A stretch of DNA of 21,941 nt from assembly GCA_002269645.1 (NCBI GenBank), contig NIVC01000627.1, positions 1 through 21,941 on the forward strand, written 5' to 3'. Shown in pieces: positions 13,689 through 21,941 of the stretch. Both the position numbers and the translations under genes were made by a program. Position 1 is the stretch's first letter, and the number at the start of each line of letters is the position of its first letter. The stretch comes from Macrostomum lignano. Lineage: Eukaryota. The notes beneath the pieces are model-generated. The model did no database searches, had not been told where the DNA came from, and saw only the letters and a program-made list of their open reading frames with translations.

Positions 13689-16600
13689 GTCATTCTAGAA
13701 TAAAGGTCATTGTGCTGCTGGTCATTCTAGAATGAAGGTCATTGTGCTACTGGTCATTCTAGAGTGAAGGTCATTGTGCTGCTGGTCATTCTAGAATGAA
13801 GGTCATTGTGCTACTGGTCATTCTAGAGTGAAGGTCATTGTGCTGCTGGTCATTCTAGAGTGAAGTTTGTGCTGCTGGTCATTCTAGAGTGAAGTTTTTT
13901 GTGCTACTGGTCATTCTAGAGTGAAGTTTTTTGTGCTACTGGTCATTCTAGAGTGAAGTTTTTTGTGCTACTGGTCATTCTAGAGTGAAGGTCATTGTGC
14001 TACTGGTCATTCTAGAGTGAAGGTCATTGTGCTACTGGTCATTCTAGAGTGAAGGTCATTGTGCTACTGGTCATTCTAGAGTGAAGGTCATTGTGCTACT
14101 GGTCATTCTAGAGTGAAGGTCATTGTGCTACTGGTCATTCTAGAGTGAAGTTTTTTGTGCTGCTGGTCATTCTAGAGTGAAGGTAATTGTGCTACTGGTC
14201 ATTCTAGAGTGAAGGTCATTGTGCTACTGGTCATTCTAGAGTGAAGTTTTTTGTGCTGCTGGTCATTCTAGAGTGAAGATCATTGTGCTACTGGTCATTC
14301 TAGAATGAAGGTCATTGTGCTACTGGTCATTCTAGAGTGAAGGTCATTGTGCTACTGGTCATTCTAGAGTGAAGATCATTGTGCTACTGGTCATTCTAGA
14401 GTGAAGGTCATTGTGCTACTGGTCATTCTAGAGTGAAGATCATTGTGCTGCTGGTCATTCTAGAGTGAAGGTCATTGTGCTACTGGTCATTCTAGAGTGA
14501 AGGTCATTGTGCTACTGGTCATTCTAGAGTGAAGGTAATTGTGCTGCTGGTCATTCTAGAGTGAAGGTCATTGTGCTACTGGTCATTCTAGAGTGAAGGT
14601 CATTGTGCTACTGGTCATTCTAGAGTGAAGATCATTGTGCTACTGGTCATTCTAGAATGAAGGTCATTGTGCTACTGGTCATTCTAGAATAAAGGTCATT
14701 GTGCTACTGGTCATTCTAGAAGGAAGGTCATTGTGCTACTGGTCATTCTAGAATAAAGGTCATTGTGCTGCTGGTCATTCTAGAATGAAGGTCATTGTGC
14801 TACTGGTCATTCTAGAATGAAGGTCATTGTGCTACTGGTCATTCTAGAGTGAAGGTCATTGTGCTGCTGGTCATTCTAGAGTGAAGGTCATTGTGCTACT
14901 GGTCATTCTAGAGTGAAGGTCATTGTGCTGCTGGTCATTCTAGAGTGAAGGTAATTGTGCTACTGGTCATTCTAGAGTGAAGATCATTGTGCTGCTGGTC
15001 ATTCTAGAGTGAAGATCATTGTGCTACTGGTCATTCTAGAGTGAAGGTCATTGTGCTACTGGTCATTCTAGAGTGAAGATCATTGTGCTGCTGGTCATTC
15101 TAGAGTGAAGGTCATTGTGCTACTGGTCATTCTAGAGTGAAGGTCATTGTGCTACTGGTCATTCTAGAGTGAAGTTTGTGCTGCTGGTCATTCTAGAGTG
15201 AAGGTCATTGTGCTACTGGTCATTCTAGAGTGAAGGTCATTGTGCTACTGGTCATTCTAGAGTGAAGTTTGTGCTGCTGGTCATTCTAGAGTGAAGATCA
15301 TTGTGCTACTGGTCATTCTAGAGTGAAGGTAATTGTGCTGCTGGTCATTCTAGAGTGAAGGTCATTGTGCTACTGGTCATTCTAGAGTGAAGGTCATTGT
15401 GCTACTGGTCATTCTAGAGTGAAGATCATTGTGCTACTGGTCATTCTAGAATGAAGGTCATTGTGCTACTGGTCATTCTAGAATAAAGGTCATTGTGCTA
15501 CTGGTCATTCTAGAAGGAAGGTCATTGTGCTACTAGTCATTCTAGAATAAAGGTCATTGTGCTGCTGGTCATTCTAGAATGAAGGTCATTGTGCTACTGG
15601 TCATTCTAGAATGAAGGTCATTGTGCTACTGGTCATTCTAGAGTGAAGGTCATTGTGCTGCTGGTCATTCTAGAGTGAAGGTCATTGTGCTGCTGGTCAT
15701 TCTAGAGTGAAGGTAATTGTGCTGCTGGTCATTCTAGAGTGAAGGTCATTGTGCTACTGGTCATTCTAGAGTGAAGGTCATTGTGCTACTGGTCATTCTA
15801 GAATAAAGGTCATTGTGCTGCTGGTCATTCTAGAATAAAGGTCATTGTGCTGCTGGTCATTCTAGAATAAAGGTCATTGTGCTACTGGTCATTCTAGAGT
15901 GAAGTTTGTGCTACTGGTCATTCTAGAGTGAAGGTCATTGTGCTACTGGTCATTCTAGAGTGAAGGTCATTGTGCTACTGGTCATTCTAGAGTAAAGGTC
16001 ATTGTGCTACTGGTCATTCTAGAGTGAAGGTCATTGTGCTACTGGTCATTCTAGAGTGAAGGTCATTGTGCTACTGGTCATTCTAGAGTGAAGTTTTTTG
16101 TGCTGCTGGTCATTCTAGAGTGAAGATCATTGTGCTACTGGTCATTCTAGAGTGAAGGTCATTGTGCTACTGGTCATTCTAGAATGAAGGTCATTGTGCT
16201 GCTGGTCATTCTAGAGTGAAGGTCATTGTGCTACTGGTCATTCTAGAGTGAAGGTCATTGTGCTACTGGTCATTCTAGAATGAAGGTCATTGTGCTACTG
16301 GTCATTCTAGAGTGAAGGTAATTGTGCTGCTGGTCATTCTAGAGTGAAGGTCATTGTGCTACTGGTCATTCTAGAGTGAAGGTCATTGTGCTACTGGTCA
16401 TTCTAGAGTGAAGGTCATTGTGCTACTGGTCATTCTAGAATAAAGGTCATTGTGCTGCTGGTCATTCTAGAATAAAGGTCATTGTGCTGCTGGTCATTCT
16501 AGAATAAAGGTCATTGTGCTGCTGGTCATTCTAGAATAAAGGTCATTGTGCTGCTGGTCATTCCAGAATAAAGGTCATTGTGCTGCTGGTCATTCTAGAG

Positions 16601-17716
16601 TGAAGTTTTTTGTGCTGCTGGTCATTCTAGAGTGAAGGTCATTGTGCTACTGGTCATTCTAGAGTGAAGGTCATTGTGCTACTGGTCATTCTAGAGTGAA
16701 GTTTTTTGTGCTACTGGTCATTCTAGAGTGAAGGTCATTGTGCTACTGGTCATTCTAGAGTGAAGGTCATTGTGCTACTGGTCATTCTAGAGTGAAGGTC
16801 ATTGTGCTACTGGTCATTCTAGAGTGAAGGTAATTGTGCTGCTGGTCATTCTAGAGTGAAGGTCATTGTGCTACTGGTCATTCTAGAGTGAAGGTCATTG
16901 TGCTACTGGTCATTCTAGAGTGAAGGTCATTGTGCTACTGGTCATTCTAGAGTGAAGGTCATTGTGCTACTGGTCATTCTAGAGTGAAGGTCATTGTGCT
17001 ACTGGTCATTCTAGAGTGAAGGTCATTGTGCTACTGGTCATTCTAGAGTGAAGGTCATTGTGCTACTGGTCATTCTAGAGTGAAGTTTTTTGTGCTGCTG
17101 GTCATTCTAGAGTGAAGGTCATTGTGCTACTGGTCATTCTAGAGTGAAGGTCATTGTGCTACTGGTCATTCTAGAGTGAAGGTCATTGTGCTACTGGTCA
17201 TTCTAGAGTGAAGTTTTTTGTGCTGCTGGTCATTCTAGAGTGAAGGTAATTGTGCTACTGGTCATTCTAGAGTGAAGGTCATTGTGCTACTGGTCATTCT
17301 AGAGTGAAGTTTTTTGTGCTGCTGGTCATTCTAGAGTGAAGATCATTGTGCTACTGGTCATTCTAGAGTGAAGGTAATTGTGCTGCTGGTCATTCTAGAG
17401 TGAAGGTCATTGTGCTACTGGTCATTCTAGAGTGAAGGTCATTGTGCTACTGGTCATTCTAGAGTGAAGGTAATTGTGCTGCGGGTCATTCTAGAGTGAA
17501 GGTCATTGTGCTACTGGTCATTCTAGAGTGAAGGTCATTGTGCTACTGGTCATTCTAGAGTGAAGTTTTTTGTGCTGCTGGTCATTCTAGAGTGAAGGTC
17601 ATTGTGCTACTGGTCATTCTAGAGTGAAGGTCATTGTGCTACTGGTCATTCTAGAGTGAAGGTCATTGTGCTACTGGTCATTCTAGAGTGAAGGTAATTG
17701 TGCTACTGGTCATTCT
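13689..17716. repeat. 32-bp minisatellite (GGTCATTGTGCTACTGGTCATTCTAGAGTGAA)n, ~126 units, filling tetraspanin intron 1
   Basis: Period 32 (ATTCTAGA at 14041 and 14073). The unit is a diverged dimer with two GGTCATT, and almost every unit has an XbaI site. Variant units include GAAGTTTGTG, GAAGTTTTTTGTG, GGTAATT, GATCATT and GAATAAAGG. Confidence 0.99.
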
Positions 17717-17727
17717 TTTAATCTAGG

Positions 17728-17797
17728 TGCAGAGTAGCAAAGCGATGAGGCATCTGATTCTCGAATCACTCAAGTTCTAGGTTCGATTCCGCAAGCT
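17728..17797 (+). pseudogene. Degenerate tRNA-Arg-like sequence / probable tRNA-derived SINE head
   Basis: A-box-like TAGCAAAGCGA at 17735-17745 and perfect B-box GGTTCGATTCC at 17780-17790. The segment GCATCTGATTCTCGAATCA resembles the tRNA-Arg anticodon arm GCGTCTGACTTCGGATCAG. The T stem pairs only partly and no acceptor stem is evident. Confidence 0.6.
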
Positions 17798-17852
17798 AAG
17801 ATACAAATTTGGGGTTTGTTCACAGAGTGCGTATATCACACCCAGGACTCAC

Positions 17853-18173
17853 AATCAGCAGCAAGAGCTTCAATTTGCACATGGACCCAATTGCGCCGCA
17901 GAAGGAGACGGCAGCAATGAAGGCTCCAATGATGAGGACGGCGAGGCCAACAAAGGAAATAATGTCGTATTTGTCCAGCATCTCCTGCGCCTGATCTTTG
18001 GCGTCATCGGCGGCTGACGGCAGCTTGCTGGTGTCCACCAAGTTGAGCATTGACCGCAGCATGTCCTTGCTAGCCATGAGGAAGATGCCGATGCCAGCCA
18101 GCACGGCGCCGAGGAGAAAGGACGCAATCGACATGGCCGACAAGACCATGGAAAGAATCGACCCGATGATCAT
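17853..18173 (-). CDS. Tetraspanin exon 1: MIIGSILSMVLSAMSIASFLLGAVLAGIGIFL...FIAAVSFCGAIGSMCKLKLLLLI (TM1, EC1, TM2)
   Basis: ATG at 18173 and donor ATT|gtgagt, 321 bp. It has two hydrophobic segments with tetraspanin spacing (GxxLxxxG in TM1; F-x-G-x-x-G after TM2) and joins as LLLLI|Y. Confidence 0.92.
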
Positions 18174-18574
18174 GTTTGGTGTCGGCTTGGGCTTCTTGTT
18201 CAGCAATCAAGCAGAAGAATTTATGATTTTGTTATTGCTTGCTTTCCACACCCAAACTGCTATGCTTAGTCATTGTCGAACTCTGTCATGCGTTGGGAAT
18301 TGTCTATGGGCAAACTGTGTTTGGCGACTGCTTTGACCAAACTGTGTAGAAGAACATTTTATTGACTGGCTTGTTATTATTCATACGTAGACTATGCAAG
18401 TATGGTTCTTGCCTTACCGAGCCTCGAAAGCATAATCTCTTTTTCGAAGTCTTTTAGGCTCCTATGTCCAAAAAATCAGACTCGTATATTTGCAAAGAAA
18501 CAAAAAATCATTGGAATTACAATGAAAGGTACTGGCAATAGAATTAGACATTCCGTAAAAAATAGATGCATAAC

Positions 18575-19152
<578 letters not shown>

Positions 19153-19651
19153 ATCTGCTTTGGGAAGCAAAACACAGAAAATATGTACAGGTTAAAAGGC
19201 GCCGTATCGCAGTGCCAGGATATTGCTTAGCATATGAAACCGCATTGAGCAAATGTTTCAAGAGCCACGAGTTTACGCGAGCTTTAAATATTGTACGTAT
19301 ACTGCACATATACTACTTCCAACATGCACGGGCATGATTTGCAATAGCTGGCTTCGATTACGGGTTACATTTGTTTTGTACATTATAGGATTATCAGATA
19401 ATAGACATAAACGCGACGTTGTTTTAAGTTAGTAGGAAATGTTTCTTTTTGCGATGTAGCAAGCTGAATCATTTGATACTACTTAATGAGTAGAGTAGAG
19501 GCCAACTTGGAATTAATGATTATTTAAAAAATTAACAAATTAAATCAGCTTTAACGGGACAGTTGATAGACAAGAGAAGGGCTAAGAAACTTAAAGACAA
19601 ATCGAATGAAGTAAATTCACAGGACGATATTTTGCTTTCGATCTGTCAGAA

Positions 19652-20878
19652 AGGGCTACAGAGGGCCCCAAGAAACAGAGGGGTGCCAGCTGCAGAGGGA
19701 TGCCAGCTACAGAGGAGGCACCAGCTACAGAGGGGGTGCCAGCTACAGAGGGGGTGCCAGCTACAGAGGGGGTGCCAGCTACAAAGGGGATGCCAGCTAC
19801 AGAGTGGGTGCCAGCTACAGAGGAGGCACCAGCTACAGAGGGGGTGCCAGCTACAGAGGGGGTGCCAGCTACAAAGGGGATGCCAGCTACAGAGGAGGCA
19901 AGGGCTACAGAGGGGGTGCCAGCTACAGAGGAGATGCCAGCTACAGAGGAGATGCCAGCTGCAGAGGGGGGTGCCAGCTACAGAGGGGATGCCAGCTACA
20001 GAGGGGGCGCCAGCTACAGAGGGGGCAGGGGCTACAGAGGGGGTGCCAGCTACAGAGGGGGTGCCAGCTACAGAGGGGATGCCAGCTACAGAGGGGGTGT
20101 CAGCTACAGAGGAGATGCCAGCTACAGAGGGGGCGCCAGCTACAGAGGGGGCAGGGGCTACAGAGGGAGGTGCCAGCTACAGAGGGGGTGCCAGCTACAG
20201 AGGGGGTGCCAGCTACAAAGGGGATGCCAGCTACAGAGTGGGTGCCAGCTACAGAGGAGGCACCAGCTACAGAGGGGGTGCCAGCTACAAAGGGGATGCC
20301 AGCTACAGAGGAGGCAAGGGCTACAGAGGGGGGTGCCAGCTACAGAGGGGGCACCAGCTACAGAGGGGGTGCCAGCTACAGAGGGTAAGCCAGCTACAGA
20401 GGAGATGCCAGCTACAGAGGAGATGCCAGCTACAGAGGAGATGCCAGCTACAGAGGGGGTGCCAGCTACAGACGGGGTGCCAGCTACAGAGGGGGTGCCA
20501 GCTACAGAGGAGATGCTAGCTACAGAGGAGATGCCAGCTACAGAGGGGGTGCCAGCTACAGAGGAGATGCCAGCTACAGAGGAGATGCCAGCTACAGAGG
20601 AGATACCAGCTACAGAGGGGGTGCCAGCTACAGACGGGGTGCCAGCTACAGAGGGGGTGCCAGCTACAGAGGAGATGCCAGCTACAGAGGAGATGCCAGC
20701 TACAGAGGAGATGCCAGCTACAGAGGGGGTGCCAGCTACAGACGGGGTGCCAGCTACAGAGGGGGTGCCAGCTACAGAGGAGATGCCAGCTACAGAGGAG
20801 ATGCCAGCTACAGAGGGGGCGCCAGCTACAGAGGGGGCAGGGGCTACAGAGGAGATGCCAGCTACAGAGGGGGTGCCA
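19652..20878. repeat. 18-bp G-rich minisatellite (GTGCCAGCTACAGAGGGG)n, ~67 units
   Basis: Near-invariant CCAGCTACA core with variable purine tails. It explains the PATEG, ASYRGG and CQLQRG ORFs. Confidence 0.97.
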
Positions 20879-21011
20879 ACAATACTTAGTTTATATATTC
20901 AGAGTCCACAGTTCTTTGAAAATTTAAATCGTTGGAAGAAAATAAAAGGAAACTTGGATCAAAGGAACAATCATCAGATTGGAGGATCGATCTCCTTTCC
21001 AGCCGGAAGCC

Positions 21012-21422
21012 TCAGCTCTGCTCCGCGTCGCCTCTGTCCGTATGAAACGGCAACTCGATGGTGTACAGCCCCGCCAGGCCGCAGTGCCGCGAGTTCATCA
21101 AGGCGATGAAGTCGCGCAGGCGGTACAACTCGCTCCCCTGGTGGAACTCGGCAAGCAGCACGTGGCTGAAGGTGCCGCGAGACATCGCTCGCTTGTAGAA
21201 GGTGATGCGCCGGAGGCTGCTGCGCTGCGGCGCGGCAGGCCGTTCAGAATGAACTCAGCACCGCTCCACTCGCGCCAGTTGGTCTCCATGGAGGTCGGGT
21301 TGCCGAGCACTTTGCAGCAGACAATGATGAAGACGGCCTTGTCGGAGAGTGGCGCCCGGCTCAGGTCGCGAAGGCCAGCATCGTTCGAGTCGGTCCAGAT
21401 GGTGCACAGCTCCTTGAAGCGC
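21012..21422 (-). CDS. Terminal exon of a conserved uncharacterised protein (tentatively DUF7153-like) with a 1-nt frameshift near 21215-21240
   Basis: Frame A reads RFKELCTIWTDSNDAG...FIIVCCKVLGNPTSMETNWREWSGAEFILNGLP. Frame B continues SLRRITFYKRAMSRGTFSHVLLAEFHQGSELYRLRDFIALMNSRHCGLAGLYTIELPF...EQS*. Codons are GC3-rich across both frames. The acceptor (cccgaag) is weak, and the family name is from memory only. Confidence 0.75.
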
Positions 21423-21623
21423 CTTCGGGTGATTGGGTGACGAGAATGTAGGGTCAAGTACATGCAACACTTTAAATTTATAGAAAATTGATTAGTAAAG
21501 TACATTATCTAGCACAAAGTAGACATTGAAGAGGCAAAATCCTTTTAAAATATATTGAATCAATAAGTAATCAAATTAAATAAACTTGTGAATTTCCTTG
21601 GGTGACTCACGCCACTCCGTCAC

Positions 21624-21912
21624 CATCATCTAACAGGAGGTGACGCACACCAAGTGACTTTGACCTCATCATCTAACAGGAGGTGACCCACATCAAGTGA
21701 CTTTGGCCTCATCATCTCACAGGGGTGACACACACCAAGTGACTTTGACCTCCTCATCTAACAGGGGGTGACACACACAAGTGACTTTGACCTCATCATC
21801 TAACAGGAGGTGACGCACCACCAAGTGACTTTGACCTCATCATCTAACAGGAGGTGACGCACACCAAGTGACTTTGGCCTCATCATCTAACAGGGCGGTG
21901 ATGCACACCAAG
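21624..21912. repeat. 43-bp minisatellite (CATCATCTAACAGGAGGTGACGCACACCAAGTGACTTTGACCT)n, ~7 copies
   Basis: CATC recurs at 21624 and 21667 (period 43). It lies in the inferred intron upstream of the 21012-21422 exon. Confidence 0.95.
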
Positions 21913-21941
21913 CGATTAGGTTGCGAGCATCTCACAGACGA

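Noticed and set aside
13689-17716. CRISPR array (32-bp repeats)
   Set aside because: Units are head-to-tail with no unique spacers, there are no cas genes, and the array lies in a spliceosomal intron.
13689-17716. Heat-shock elements (TTCTAGAA) in satellite variants
   Set aside because: Only two inverted nGAAn units are present, whereas a functional HSE needs three.
19563-21109. PATEG-repeat protein ORFs (469 aa etc.)
   Set aside because: CCA GCT ACA shows essentially no synonymous variation, frames switch at G-runs, flanking peptides look non-coding, and the ORF tail overlaps a real minus-strand exon.
20979-21440. Plus-strand 153-aa ORF
   Set aside because: It is the antisense shadow of the GC-rich minus-strand exon.

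Overview
This is animal (invertebrate-type) genomic DNA. About half the window (roughly 10.9 of 21.9 kb by my boundaries) is tandem repeat, which explains nearly all long ORFs in the track as artefacts. Three intron-containing genes lie head-to-tail on the minus strand. (1) At 21012-21422 is the terminal exon of a conserved uncharacterised protein with an NWxxWSGA...LRRITFYK...CG..GLY pattern (tentatively DUF7153-like, from memory), carrying a 1-nt frameshift. (2) At 10450-18173 is an apparently complete six-exon tetraspanin of about 445 aa, with an unusually large (~240 aa) six-cysteine EC2 loop. (3) At 7256-9005 are the first three coding exons of CASK/lin-2 (CaMK-like domain); the gene continues off the left edge. 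Also present are a degenerate tRNA-Arg-like Pol III promoter (probable SINE head), minisatellites with 16, 17, 17, 18, 32 and 43-bp units, and GATA/GACA arrays sharing a GACACTAAGA interruption. GC-rich exons, ~100-bp core introns and the extreme simple-repeat load suggest a flatworm such as Macrostomum, but that is only an inference. There is no CRISPR array, prokaryotic system or intact transposase. The most notable items are the oversized tetraspanin and the repeat-inflated introns.
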